Part shown: piece after piece, positions 14,063 to 27,834 of the stretch | How positions within the stretch are numbered: the stretch's first letter is position 1 | How the letters are laid out: each line of letters opens with the position of its first letter | NCBI GenBank assembly: GCA_964016885.1 | Contig: OZ024747.1 | Location: 15,872,001-15,936,000, forward strand | Direction of reading: 5' to 3' | DNA from: Eledone cirrhosa | Lineage: Eukaryota | Length of the DNA stretch: 64,000 bases | The notes under the pieces: model-generated | The model's input: only the letters and a program-made list of their open reading frames with translations | What the model was told of the DNA's origin: nothing | Database searches by the model: none | Program-made: the position numbers and the translations under genes

Positions 14063-14902
14063 ATATGTATTTATCTATGTATGCATCTATATGTGCATGC
14101 ATGTATGTATGTATGCGTCTATGCATGCATTTATGTATGCCTGTATGTATGCATGTATGTATCTATGCATGTATCTATGTATGTACACATGTGTATATAT
14201 GTATGCATGCGTATATGTACATATGTGCATATATGTATGAATTAATGTATGTATGTATATGTACATGTATATGTATGATTAAATATATTATGTATCTCAT
14301 AAACATCTTTGCATCAACTAATGTGCAAATATAAATGTAAAAATATTCAATACATATGACATTTAGAAACATCAACATCTTGTTAATATATCTTGCTTTA
14401 TGCTTCGGATCTTTTTCCATCACTATTTCTAGACATCTGCTTGTCCCCTAAAGAATAGCTAACAGATACGCATATTACATTTGAGAATTTAGGAAAAAAA
14501 ATAATGTAATATGTAATATCATAAAATACGTGTTCTTAGATTTTGAATTGAAAATAGTATATCAGAACTTAGATACACTTTGATAGAAAGTCATCGTTAT
14601 TCTGTATTTGTACATTTATGGTTACACAGCTGCCGGGACTGAATTCCACTCTACATTTCAATTATCACATAAGTTCCAATATATTGGCTAAGCCTAACGT
14701 TATTCACATTTTAACAAACTTCATTCAACCATGCATTTGTTTCCTAAATACTAGATGCTATGCTAACGTTTTTTATTCATTCAATTGTAGTCGCTGTTAT
14801 CTGTCATAAAGTCTATGTCTAAAGAACTAATGTATGCGTGTATATATAATCTGTAATACATTATATATATATATATATACTTGTGTTTGTGTGTGTGTAT
14901 AT

Positions 14903-15035
<133 letters not shown>

Positions 15036-16114
15036 CGTGTATGTGTCTATTTGTGTCTGTGAGTGTGAGTGTGTGTGTGTCTGTGTTTGAGTCTGTGAGT
15101 GTGTTTGAGTGTTTGTGTATGAATGATAGGAAAGAAAAAATGCTAAATGCTTTTTAAAGAGATTGTAATAAAAATATATTTGAAACTCTCTTCCCTGAAA
15201 TTTTATTCGTATTCCTTGAGAGGTCACTAAAAGAAAGACAGTCCGGTAAACGAGAATGTATATTAATACAAAAGCTAGTAAAACGTTTGAATTTTTTTCT
15301 TGTAGTTTCTCTATATTTTTCCAATGTGTTTTTCAATGCTTCTTTACAGTTATTCCGTTTTGTTATCCATTCTATTTTATCTTCAAGATTTCTCAATTTT
15401 TTATTGTACATAATTTCATTGCATTTCTTCTCTAAGGCTTCACTTTCAATCCAAAAGAGAAAACTTAAAACCGTTGTGTGTATTTTTTTTTATGATGATT
15501 CCATATAAACTATATAACTGTCATATTTACTTACTGTAAGAAGCACTTTCTATTAAGTGGGGCCTGATTCAACAGCTTTTCATGCGACGTTTGTACTTGA
15601 GTTCTTAAAAGTTTTCATTTTCATATCATAATTCTTTTTTGCTCTTCCATTTCAATGTCTCTATCTAGCATTTTGAACTCAGATGACAAAACTAATTTTT
15701 ACCAGATTAACTATTTAAGAAATAAATACGAAAAAATACACCAATGTAAACTGAGTTCTTCAAGAAAAATATTAAATGCTTAAATAATCATTGCTTTCAT
15801 ATTTTTAGAATATATTCTGCATTGGAAATGATTTTATGGGTTAGTAGACTCGTTGGCGCGTCGGAGGAAATGATTTGCGTTATTTTTACGACTCTTAAAG
15901 TTCTGAGTGTAGATCCCAATTTGGTTTTCGTCCTTCTGGGGTCAGCAAACTAGAGTAACAATTATAAACAGGGTCGATTTAATTTACAAATATGCACAAA
16001 TATGCCCAAATATGCTGGACTTATTCCTAACTATTATTTCACTGAAACAATTTCAGGAGCAACAAAATTACTCATCTCTTTTTTTTTATTATCGTCATAA
16101 TATATATATATATG

Positions 16115-16580
16115 TCGGGTCACTCTTGAGTGCTACTGGCAACATGTAACCCAGTACAAGCTGTCGCATGGTCGGATCGTCGGCGACTAAACCGGCAACC
16201 CCACCAAGTTTACTTGGTGAGGAGGGTCATTTTGGACACCCTGCAGAACAAAAATCAAAACCTGACAAAGGGCGGAAGAACTCATAAGAGTCAACGGCCA
16301 TTCAAAAGTGTATAAATATGTATATATACATGTACCGCGCGGTTAAAGTGAAAGACCCCCAGCCTTTGTCAGGGGATTCTTCTAGGAGATGGCAACTCAA
16401 GAAACTGGGATAACTCCGATATAAAACCTGCGGCTCAGTAGTTACCGATGATGTTGATCTTTTCTTCTTTTCAGGTTATAGCTACTGTCGCTCAGAAAGT
16501 TGGATTGGCTCAGTGCACAGTCTATCCTTACTTTAAAAAGTATCTTCAGGCACAGGCATTGCACGATATAATTAAGTAAT
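16115..16580 (+). repeat. Dispersed repeat (segments X and Y) homologous to 3515-3860
   Basis: actaaaccggcaacccc..ttggacac matches the reverse complement of 3515-3633. gtgaaag..cctgcggct..ccgatgatgttga matches 3634-3760. Confidence 0.65.
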
Positions 16581-16989
16581 AATTATTAATAATTGTATAT
16601 CATGCAATGGCCATACTCGATAACGAGGGGGCAGCCATCATATATAATATATATATATGCCACTGTCGGTATTTTACCTATCTCTATCCTCACTCTGCAT
16701 CTCCACATGCTTAGAGTCCTCCATGATTAGTGTTCTCCTTGATCTTAGCATCACAAATGAGGCGGGGTCATGTATAAAATGTTATTTTCAGTGTTTATAA
16801 AAATAGCTAAAATTAGTTAAAAGTCAGTATAAAGATGATTAAAATTTCCATTGAAAATATAAGCCCTATTCCTCTTTTGTCAATATAAAATCGGGTCTAA
16901 GTGTAAATTATAATACTTTATTGACGAATAACAAAAACAAAATTGCAATTTCAAATACTATGGGGCGAAATGTGATGGTGGCAAACTTT

Positions 16990-17310
16990 ATAATCTTGCC
17001 TGTGTGGCATATATCACCTGCATCCGTTACTCAGGATGGCGAAACTTTGTTTCAAATAACAACAACCGATGTCCTTTGCACCAGCCATTCCACTTTGCAG
17101 GTCTCATTTCCAGGTGTGATGCTCTTGTCCCCTATTACGTGGAGGGTCATAGTTATTGGAGGACCGAGAACAACGGAGGTCTCAATAGCGATTTACACAA
17201 AAAGGAATCGGTTAATCTATGTCAGTGTTGCTGGAAGCTCACATTGGTGTGTAATGGAAGCGGTGAAGTTTGCACTGCTGAGAATGTCATGCTATGCAGT
17301 GATTTTAGGC
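16990..17310 (+). pseudogene. Possible DNA-transposon C-terminal remnant with Cys-rich finger (Academ-like)
   Basis: TTDVL..STLQV..LLSPITW followed, after frame change, by LCQCC..CNGSG..C..LC. Resembles PPT..LQ..W..SP..W plus a Cys cluster, from recall. Confidence 0.3.
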
Positions 17311-17903
17311 TTTATCTCTTTTTGGATTAACAGTAAATATGTTGTAACTGTTCATCGTTGCATTAATTTTTAAGTGCTGTGTTTAAAATTTTGTTTTCTT
17401 ATCTAAAATTGATAATTCACTTAGCTACCATTAGTTAATATTATTTCTATAATTCATTACTAACACAGTTACTTCATTGATATATTTAATTCTTTCGTTG
17501 TTTGCTTTTGTATTTGCTTTATTTTTTTTATTTATCTAAGGTTTTAATTTTAGTAAAATGTGCCTAAAATATTTCTTCCTAATATTTTCTATCGAATGTG
17601 TGTTTTCTACTGAATTTAGTCATTAATTTGGTTTAAATTACATTTATATATATTTTTTTTTTCTAGCAATTATCTACTTACTTATTTAACATATCTTATA
17701 AGATACCAAATCTATATATCGTATATTACAGTAAAAATAGGCAAAAAAATCATGTTTAATAATTATTTTCACACGCGGTAATTGTAAGTGATTCTAATGT
17801 AATCAATAAGGTAATTATCTGACAGGAAGACGAAAGGTGGTTCGAAATCAATTGGTGTGCATGTTAAATTATGTTTCACTCTAAAATTGGAGTATACAAT
17901 AAT

Positions 17904-17998
17904 TGTTTCTCCTTTTGGCACAAGGCCAGCAATTATCCCAGTGCATTACTGGTGCTTTATTTTATCGACCCCGTAAAGATGAAAGCCAGTTAACCTCA
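17904..17998 (-). mobile_element. SINE, 5'-truncated
   Basis: SINE 3' half with 10-bp TSD atacaataat at 17894-17903 and 18002-18011. Confidence 0.85.
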
Positions 17999-19708
17999 AC
18001 GATACAATAATAAGTACCCTTCGGTCATGATTGACAATCAGCTTCCATTTGGTGAGATCTTCTTCAAATCCCAGACCTGGACAGGGTGCCGGGGCAGTGT
18101 GTTTTATAAAAGACTAGTAATCACTCGTGCATGCCAGTGTCCCGTTTCCACACCACTTATTTCGTTCAAGGGAGAGATAGGCCAATATAGCTTGGCACCA
18201 ATATGGTCACAGGCAAACGACCCACAACAACCAGTCAATCACTGTGATAAAACTCAACTATTGTTGCCACTATTTCTCAGGCTAAATGGGCTGAAGCAAC
18301 GTAAAGTGTTTGTCCAAGTGTTAAAAGCCGCCTTGGACCAGGAATCGAAAAATATCTGATATCAAAGATTATCTATATTGTATTTTATAGTTTTCACAGC
18401 TGTATAACACTTCTACATACAAATAACTCCACATGGTGTGAACAGCCGTTGACAGACATTAATTAGCGATAGCAGTAACACAAACTGCGTCAGAAAATAC
18501 GTGTGTACTCGTATTCAACATGTTTATAGTAAACATACAATTAGTTTCGTTGTAAATAATTTGAGGTGTGCCTCCATCACAGACATTTTCAAATGAAAAA
18601 CATATATATCATAATATCATAATATTATATATATATGTATGCATTTGTATTTGTCTTCTCTAGCTGTAGAAGCCTTTCAAATATAATTATAAATTTCCAG
18701 CCACAACGTAGTGTTAAGCGTTCATTAATCTTAGCCTCAGCTGAAACGATGCAATGAAGCTTTTAATTTGCCACATATATTATTGACTATGGCTTAACGT
18801 ACTTGTTGACTTTTACTCATTAATTCTTTCTGACTGCAAATATTAGCAATATGACTAAGCAACGAGCTAGCTAACGATATGAACAATATATAGCGAATCA
18901 ATGCAACACAAATAAAGCTAGTGCAAATGTACAAGTGGGATTGTTAATGAAATGTTTGTAATACAGGACCTTATATACATGTTTCTTTTATATCTGATTT
19001 CTCTCATGGGACAGTGACCATGTTGGAGCAATGCCTTCAAACGTTTAGTCAATTGTATCGTATCCAGTGTTTATGTGTGTGTGTTGGATAATGAAACAAT
19101 TAAGACAAGGTGTAGATGTTAATTTATCCATTGTTATTTAGAGAACAAAATTATCGATGGGCAGAGCTGTCGATTGTAGTTATGCAACGCCTTACATTTA
19201 ATCTCGAAAGAGCATCTCCACTCTATAGCCTATCCGCAAAGACACGCATAAACACACAAATACACTGGTCTGTATTGTTTAAGGTGGTCTACAGTTAATC
19301 TGTTTCACACACACACACACTGAGCGAACAACCTTGCCCTCTGCCCTCTCGAAGGAGGACATACAGTTTGGGGTAGTAGCTGGCAGTATGAATGCCTACT
19401 TAGTGCTTGCTTGTCGGGCACTAGGATGAGTATAGAACTTATTCAAGGCAGTCCTTTCCCGCCTTGTCACAGGTCCACATTAGCTCTTGGCATATGTTTT
19501 TAGACTCACTGATATTGCTCTCTCACCACTCAATAAGCCGTTTTATGATCCTGCCACTGAATGATCCGGGGCTGCTTATTCATCAAGCATTTCTGCTCGT
19601 TTATTTTGTGGCGGTATATCTCGTGGCGGTTCACAATCCGCCATCTCAGACCCGTTCTCTAGCTAACAGCTATGTCGAGAGTATATATGCATACATATAG
19701 TTAATAAT

Positions 19709-19891
19709 TGTTTCTACTTTAGGCACAAGGCTAGCAATTACCCAGTGCATTACTGGTACTTTATTTTATCGGCCCCGTAAGGATGAAAGGCAAAGTAAAC
19801 CTCGGCGGGATTTGAACTCAGACCGTAAAGGAACGTAACTATGCTGGAAAGCATGGCGTCCGACTCTCTACCGATACTGCCAATCCACCAC
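19709..19891 (-). mobile_element. tRNA-derived SINE, full length
   Basis: 19-bp TSD catacatatagttaataat at 19690-19708 and 19892-19910. Confidence 0.92.
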
Positions 19892-20016
19892 CATACATAT
19901 AGTTAATAATGTGCATGCATGTTTGTTTATAAATATAAATCTTTGTATGAGTATTCATGTACAAATATATGTACACATTAACACACACATACGAAACAAA
20001 TATACATACATACATC

Positions 20017-20144
<128 letters not shown>

Positions 20145-20305
20145 CATATATACATATATATGTGTGGGCGTGTGTGTGTGAGTGGGTTTGTCTATGTGTG
20201 AGTGTGTGTCTGTATGTATGTGCGTGTGGGGTGCGTAATAAATAAATAAATAGTTATATATATATGTATTTATCTATTTGTATGTATATCCGTGTGTGTG
20301 TGTGT

Positions 20306-20344
<39 letters not shown>

Positions 20345-21219
20345 CGTGTGTGTGCGTGCGTGTGTGCGTGTGCGTGTGTATGTGTGAGTGTGTGTATGTA
20401 TGTGTGTGTGGGGGAGGGGGCGTAATAAATAAATAAATAAATAGTTATATATATTATATATATATGTATTTATTTATATTTATATTTCCGTGTGTGTGCA
20501 TCTGTGTGTGTGTGTGTGTGAGTGTGTGAGAGTCTTTGTACGCGTGTGTGTATATCAAAATTTATTGTTATTCTAGTTTTGTTTTAAATGGCGTGCTTTG
20601 TATGGAGTAGGAAAACGACAGTCAAAGATTTTATAAAAATAATGAAAGAAAACAATATCTTTGAATATTTTTCCTGATAAATTTCCGAATTTTTTATTCA
20701 TGTATATTTGTTTTAAGTACCATTATAAATACAATCATATATAAACATCATCGTTTCGTAAAAATATAAGTATGTGCCTTCATTAACGATCTGGGAAAAG
20801 AGATGTGCTTAGAGATGGATAGAGATAAGATCTTTGTTCGCTTGCTTTTGTTTTTACTGTTGTTTTTGTTATATATTTCATCCTCGTGTATGTATGATTG
20901 TGTTTTAAGACGCATATATACATAGACACACGTTATTTCCCTTGTTATCAATCAATTAGTTGTTCCCTTATTTTGAGCTTTCTATAATATGGTAATAACA
21001 AATAACAAACAGAGAATCTAAATGAGGAAATGTTGATTACTCTAGACAGAGCTATCTTTCAAAAGAATTATGTTCGTCTCTGTGTAGAACTGTATATATA
21101 TAAGTACAGTTATAAGTATGTATTAAACTCATTCGCATGCGTGTATGAATAAGGAACAGCTATATCTAGATAGATACATAGCTATATCTCGTTAGATACA
21201 AACATATAAACAATTGCGA

Positions 21220-21312
21220 CAGATAGATAGATAAATAGATATATAGATACCAAAACTGATAGATAGATACAAGTAGAATATAATAGATAAGAATGGAATA
21301 GAATAGAATAGA

Positions 21313-21380
<68 letters not shown>

Positions 21381-21411
21381 ATAGAAAGATAAATAGATAG
21401 ATAGATAGATT

Positions 21412-21453
<42 letters not shown>
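21220..21453. repeat. (GATA)n / (GAATA)n microsatellite
   Basis: Directly visible. Confidence 0.95.
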
Positions 21454-21454
<1 letters not shown>

Positions 21455-22033
21455 TTTTTATTAACCACAAGGGCGCACAAGAAAAGGGGACAATACAAAG
21501 ACATATACAGGGGATTTTACATACAGTCGTGTACAAATATTGAAACAAACAATTATAACAATCGAAATGCCCAATAGGGGGAGACGCCACAAATGGGTTG
21601 TTTAATACCCCGTCGATAGAACAACTCTCAACTTCAGGAGCCTGTTGTGCAAGTGATCTCTTCTTTCTTTTGCTCTCTTCTTTAACCTACAGGCTTATAA
21701 ACAGGGAAGGCCCAATCACTCGGACCATTTTCGCTTCATACACCCACCTTTTAGTAAATTTACTGGGTGCAGTGCCTCTCTATCCACACTGATTCTCCTT
21801 CTAAAGTGATACTTAAAGATGGAAATCAATTGTTGTCCGGAGAGAAAGGCATCTGTCCTCAGTCCTCTCAATCTCGTCCGCCATATAACCTCTTTCACCA
21901 TAGCCACTGTACAGAGGAAAACCGCCTCTCTTTCGTTTTTGAAAGAGGCTGGCGGTTTGATCCTTACTATGGATTCGGCAGTCAACTGGATTTGTCCCAT
22001 ACGCGACAACAGTTGTTCTGCATAGTTCCACAG
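21454..22033 (-). mobile_element. L1/Tx1-clade LINE 3' fragment (ORF2 C-terminus plus 3'UTR)
   Basis: - strand translates WNYAEQLLSRMGQ...AVFLCTVAMVKEVIWRTRL...LISIFKYHFRRRI, resembling the post-zinc-knuckle IWxxR region. Ends aataaaaaa directly into (TCTA)n. Confidence 0.6.
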
Positions 22034-22476
22034 GTCGCTTACGTTATTGTTTTACTTATTGTTTCGACTTCCTCCCCCTCCCCCTCCCTAGTATCTTCTT
22101 TGACCTCCTGCCCAGCCGTAGTTGGCACTATCAACGCACGACTGGGTTTCCTCTACCCCCTCTCCTTCTTTCTTCTACTGGCAGGTTCAGCTACCCTCCC
22201 TCCACAAATTGCCATGACAGAATTATTTTGTCTCAACAACAAACTTTTGACCAATCCTTGTGACAATCACTTTTACCATATATGGAATTACCCCCTGAGA
22301 GGCTCGGCTATTCAGATACCAGGATAAAAATGTTCATTTAGTACAGAATTAGCCGTCGAAACGGCTTGAGCTCAGCCGTCGGGGTCCTACTCGTTCCTAT
22401 TACCCACTCTACTACCCTAAGTATTGAGTACTTTGGTGCGTTATGGTCCACCTCGTTCCTTACCACATTTCCTCCG

Positions 22477-22480
<4 letters not shown>
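22034..22480 (+). mobile_element. PLE-type 3' end, family A (longest copy), ending in (TA)n
   Basis: Shares 22345-22480 with the 3127 and 63045 copies. Contains an HHR. Confidence 0.7.
22290..22385 (+). ncRNA. Type I hammerhead motif, degenerate core
   Basis: acccc CTGA-GA(g) ..cggcta.ttc / gaattagccg tc GAAA cggct tgagctc agccg TC ggggt. GUC cleavage triplet, but the core appears 1 nt short. Confidence 0.6.
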
Positions 22481-22566
<86 letters not shown>

Positions 22567-22852
22567 AGAGAGAGAGAGCGAGAGAGAAGAATTACTGGTT
22601 GATGGTTTTCTTTAATAGTTAAAAGCTTAACAGTAAGTTGTTACTAATATTAGTTCTGGTAACTCCTTGTAAAATACGTTTTCCACTATATATCTATCTA
22701 TCTCTCTTTATATATATTTATATATATATATTTATATATATATATATATGTAAAAAGTTCTATTTAAATTGTTGGGATACAACAAGCAAATATTTTTATA
22801 ACTGATATAAAGCACTCAACAAATAATTGGAGTAAAAATACAACAAATGGAA

Positions 22853-22941
22853 ACTATATTTATAAAACCATATTTATTTTATTATACATATTTCAAGGAC
22901 ACCAAGTTAAATTATGGTGTGCCTTCATCAGTTTTATAAAT
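22853..22941 (-). ncRNA. pLTR hammerhead motif (degenerate cleavage site)
   Basis: - strand tttataaaa CTGATGA aggcacacca..tggtgtcctt GAAA tat...ata tgg ttttataaa. Confidence 0.55.
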
Positions 22942-24439
22942 AAATATTGACATACCCTTAAAGAATACAACCATTACTGTGGGAAGCTCCCGGGTAGTGG
23001 AGTTATATCTTTAATTATACTATTAGGTAAGTTAGTATTGGATATTTTTAAATAAGCCGTTGGGTTACGGAGAAAGAGAAAGAGAGAGAGAAAGCAGAAC
23101 AACAAAGAGAAAAAAAGAGAGAGAGATAGGAGAAAGAGAAAGGAGAGAGAGCGAAAACTCTAAGTCATATCTTGTTGAGTTATCTTAACATTTGAGATGA
23201 AATAAATAAATAAAATTAGAAATGTTAATAATCATGAATGGAAGATACATATATAATATGAGAAATTTAACCATTGTTTAAATATGATTAAATGTTTAGT
23301 TAATCAGTTAAAATGTTGAGATCAATACAATAAAAATTGAGATCTATATATTAAGAAATCTATATATTATTATTAAGAATATGTTATTAAAAATTTATAT
23401 ATTATATAACACATATACACACGCAAAAAATACATACATATAAATATATATACACACGTATAAAAATATATATACATATCTAACTACGTATATAATATAT
23501 ACATACAAAATATAAAGGATTTTTTAATTTAAGATATAGGAATCTTATAAAATCAGAGAAAATCATTTCAATGTAATATCAAAGCAGCGTGAAGGAAAAT
23601 TACGTTATTTAGTTATATAAATGTTACAATTGTTAAGATATTAAAGGAAATGTTATGTTATACACACTTTATGTTATTAAACAAATTTTTTTGATATAAG
23701 TTTTATAAGATTACCTGTTATGTAGTTAGGACAGTTATTATATGTTTATTTGTCACGAACATTGGGATAATCCCTATAAATAAGTGCAATCCAATTGTAT
23801 GCATATACACATATATATACATACACAATTCCCACATATACATACATATATGTACCCACACAAATAGGTAGATATGCATCACATATATATATATACATAC
23901 AGATAGACATACACGCATAAAACATATGTACATGTATATCAATACACACATACATATATATACACACACATATAGAGAGACAAGTATATATAAATACAGT
24001 ACATAGTATAATTGAAGTACATAAAATACAAAAGAATTATATTACGATTTGGAAATATAATTATAAGCAATATAACTTTAAAACAATATATCTTTTAAAA
24101 TATTATAGAATATTTCAAGTTATAATTTCAAAATAATAATATGTTTAATAAATTTAGTATAAACATTTTCTACGTATATTTAACTTAATTTTATATCCAT
24201 AAGAGAAAGAAAAAGAAACTTTCAAAAGATAAACTTTCGAAAATAGGAGAAACTATCAAAAAATATTTTCCCCTTTTAAGAGCTTTCAGTATATTTCTCT
24301 AGAAGAGTTTATTATATTTATTTATATTTAGGAAGAAAAGTTTTTTTTACTTGAGTGTATAAGCAGTCAGAAAATGAAGGAATCTAATGATTTATCGATA
24401 GGTTCAATATATTAATAGAATTAATTAATTAATTATATA

Positions 24440-25535
24440 TTACATTTTAAATTTATATTTAAACGTTGAGTTCAATCTATGTCTACAGCAACGGAATAAA
24501 TTGTTCCTTAGGTTCAGGGAATGTTTGTTCTTTAATATAAAGAATATTTCCTCTATACAAAGATCACAATTTTCTGAAGAGGAGTTAAAGGGAGTAGCTT
24601 TTGAAATAATATTCGAAATCAATGAATATTCAAGGTTCTTTGGTTTGAGGTCCCATAATAAGCTAGATAGAGAAGTTGAAGATTTTTTGTTTGGATCTGT
24701 AAAATAATTTTTATGATTATTGAAGCGGGATTTAAACTCTGTGGAAGTGGATCCCACATAATTAAATGAATTATATTAGTTTTTACATTACAATTATATA
24801 CTATATTTTTAGCTAAGCAATTGTTATTTAACGGACAGTTAGATTTATTTCCACAGTTACATTTATCAAATTGGATATTGCTTGGGTTATTAGTGGTATT
24901 TTGGTTAGGTTTTAAATTTCTATTATTAATTCTATTAATATTTTGCGCTAACTTTTTGGTAGAAGAATAAGTTAATTTTATAGTATGTCTATTAAAGATT
25001 GAAAAATATCTATGTGTTCTAGGGAAGCATTTGTCAAGAGCTTTAAAAAATAGTTTAGCAATAGGGGTTTTAATATTTAATGAGAAAGGAGAAGCGAACC
25101 ATAACATGTTCCTAGTTCTATTTCTTTTTTTTTGTTTTCGGAATTATTGTAAGGTTTTCTATCATAGTTGTTAAAATTGTTAAAATAGTTAAAATTGTTA
25201 CGATTATGGTTAGTTGTTATATTATTATTATCAAAGTATTTAATTTTATTTCCATACCCAGCTCTACCTAACGATTCGTTGTAATAATGTGCTTTTTCAT
25301 CAAATATATTCTTATTAGCTGAAATTCTCGAAATTCGTTCCTGTACAGAGTTCACTATAGTATTTTTAACGGATCTGTGGTGATTAGAGTTAAAATTAAC
25401 GTAGTTTAAGTTCTCATTTAGTTTGTGAAATGGATAATGAAGACATGTGTTAAGGTTTAGTGTTACATCTAGAAAGTTAACTATTTTATGGTTATTCTGT
25501 ATTTCTACTTTTAGATTAAGGTAATTAAAATTCTT
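24440..25535 (-). pseudogene. PLE RT thumb plus GIY-YIG endonuclease, frameshifted
   Basis: VNFLDVTLNL..PFHK..YVNFNSNH..RISRISAN; WFASPFS; CNCxxKxxCPLxxxCL; IVY; GSTSTEFKSRFNNH; TSLSSLLWDLK; CDLCIEE; LNLRNN; CRHR. Confidence 0.92.
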
Positions 25536-25681
25536 TAAGGGTATGTCAATATTTATTTATAAAACTGGTCTATATTATATTTTATCTCATGAAAGCACAC
25601 CATAATTTAACTTGATGTCCTTGAAATATGTATAATGAAATAAATATGGTTTTATAAATATAGTTTCCATTTGTTAATATC

Positions 25682-25780
<99 letters not shown>

Positions 25781-26438
25781 TATACATATATATATATATG
25801 TATACTCTTTCTCACACACACATATATATATATTTATATTTTAATTAATTTAAATAGTGTTAATACTGCCAAATGATAATGAATCCCAAAGAATAGGGGA
25901 GATCTTTTCAAATAACCAGGAAAGGATTTTCGACAATTTTGCTCGAGAAAAAACATTGATTTTTGTTACAAAGACTCTAAAACAAAGGTTCTGTCTCTTA
26001 GACCATCTTAGCCCGCTTGCCAACTAGAATTTACATTTTTATATATAAAAACATAATTAGTATTATATTTGGACATGTTTAATTTGCATAATCAAAAATA
26101 AAAAGAACGAGAGCAATATCTCAAGGGAGGCTAGAGCATGAATTTGGATAATTACACAAAAAATGGCGTAGTGAAGTTTTTAAAACTGACGCTGAGAGAT
26201 TGTAAACAAAACACCTAAAGGTAATTGTTGACGATTACTAAACAGAAGAGAAGAAAATTTCAATAAGCCAAGTCTAAATTCTCGAAAACTATTAACATGC
26301 TGGATAAGGACAGGCTAATGATAAGGACAGTCTAATTTTGTTGCAAACAAACGAAAACATTGTAATACGCACACACATACACCAGACACACACACATACA
26401 CACACGCGCGCACACACACACACATATATATATATACA

Positions 26439-26535
<97 letters not shown>

Positions 26536-26540
26536 ATGTA

Positions 26541-26642
26541 TCCGGGTTCAATCGAAGGTAACCACAGTAAGGTGCTCAATGCATAACAGAGTATAAATAT
26601 TTAAAATATAGAAATGGCTTCTACAGGACAAGAACCGTTTCG
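26541..26642 (-). mobile_element. PLE-type terminus, family B, truncated at the HHR GAAA
   Basis: Reverse complement matches 27411-27515: GAAAcgg..ctgTAgaagcc..gattgaacccgg. Confidence 0.7.
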
Positions 26643-27070
26643 TGTGTGTGTGTTAAAAAACATCGTGTATACGTACCGATCTCTCGGACTTTTACGTAAC
26701 GCTGAGTGGATAAATTGAATAAATAGTACAGTGCTCATGTGCGCAGATGCTACAAAATAGCTTATAAGTAGATGACCCGAAAAGTCGAAAAAGAGGTTAA
26801 CACCGGCTGTGAAGGGGAATCAAACCCCGTATCACATAGATTAACGTTTCAAAGCAGTTAGACACTATCTGGAATATACGAAGTTAGATTACTCGTAGCA
26901 GCCGATGATAATGGGACGAGGAAAAGGGATGGCTCAACGCACCGGGAAAAGGCTTTCATTAGAAAAAGTAGAGTTAGGAGTAACGCAAGGCTGCAGCGAT
27001 GACGAAAGAACAGAAGATATTTACCAGGATATGTAAGGTAGGATGTATATATATAATATATATATATAGT

Positions 27071-27252
27071 TGTTTCTACTTTAGGCACAAGGCCAGCAAT
27101 TACCCAGTGCATTACTGGTACTTTATTTTATCGACCCCGTAAGGATGAAAGGCAAAGTCAACCTCGGCGGGATTTGAACTCAGATCGTAAAGGGACGTAA
27201 CTATGCTGGAAGGCATGGCGTCCGACCCTCTACCGATACTGCCAATCCACCG
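27071..27252 (-). mobile_element. tRNA-derived SINE
   Basis: 17-bp TSD taatatatatatatagt at 27054-27070 and 27256-27272. Confidence 0.92.
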
Positions 27253-27383
27253 TACTAATATATATATATAGTGAAAAGTGGAACGGGAACAAAACCGAGA
27301 GGCAGTACGAAGAAAGGTTTATTAGTTTCACGCTCTTGAGAGTATATATATATATATATATGTGTGTGTGTATATATATATAT

Positions 27384-27516
27384 AAGGTTTTCCTGATGAT
27401 TTCCTTCGAATGAAACAGTTCTAGTCCTGTAGAAGCATTTTCTATATTAAATATTTATACTCTGCTATGTAGTGAATACCTTACTTACTGTGGTTACCCC
27501 CCGATTGAACCCGGGT
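27384..27516 (+). mobile_element. PLE-type terminus, family B, with type I HHR (27389-27435)
   Basis: tttc CTGATGA t-ttc cttc gaa-t GAAA cag ttctagtc ctg TA gaag. Sits between (TA)n and (CA)n. Confidence 0.75.
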
Positions 27517-27550
27517 TACAGACACACACCACACACACACACACACACAC

Positions 27551-27609
<59 letters not shown>

Positions 27610-27766
27610 GTGTGGATAATTAGTTTAACCACCATCTCAGTGTGTTTGGCCTTTAACGTAAGTTGTAAGCTCTAATTCTTTTAAATTATTGAGCGCTTGC
27701 CTCACAATTCGAAAGTCTTTTTTCGTTATTTCATAGGCTGAAATTCGATTCTCGCTAATTTTTACT

Positions 27767-27834
<68 letters not shown>

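Larger units (their letters stand above)
22750..25681 (-). mobile_element. 5'-truncated Penelope-like retroelement (Naiad-like) with inverted pLTR at its 5' end, flanked by (TA)n
   Basis: Coding remnant 24440-25535. 22842-22965 is inverted relative to 25531-25675. The 3' copy has an extra tail of about 95 nt. HHR core in the pLTR. Confidence 0.9.

Noticed and set aside
15130-15720. - strand Lys-rich coding-like stretch
   Set aside because: No recognisable motif. Possibly a TE remnant but unsupported.
16510-16556. - strand gtgc CTGAAGA tacttt/aaagta ... gcac
   Set aside because: Lacks GAAA and UH, and is not conserved in the homologue near 3800.
24440-25535. Selenocysteine recoding as in some Naiad elements
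   Set aside because: The Cys motif positions seen are ordinary Cys codons. No in-frame TGA at those sites and no SECIS recognised.
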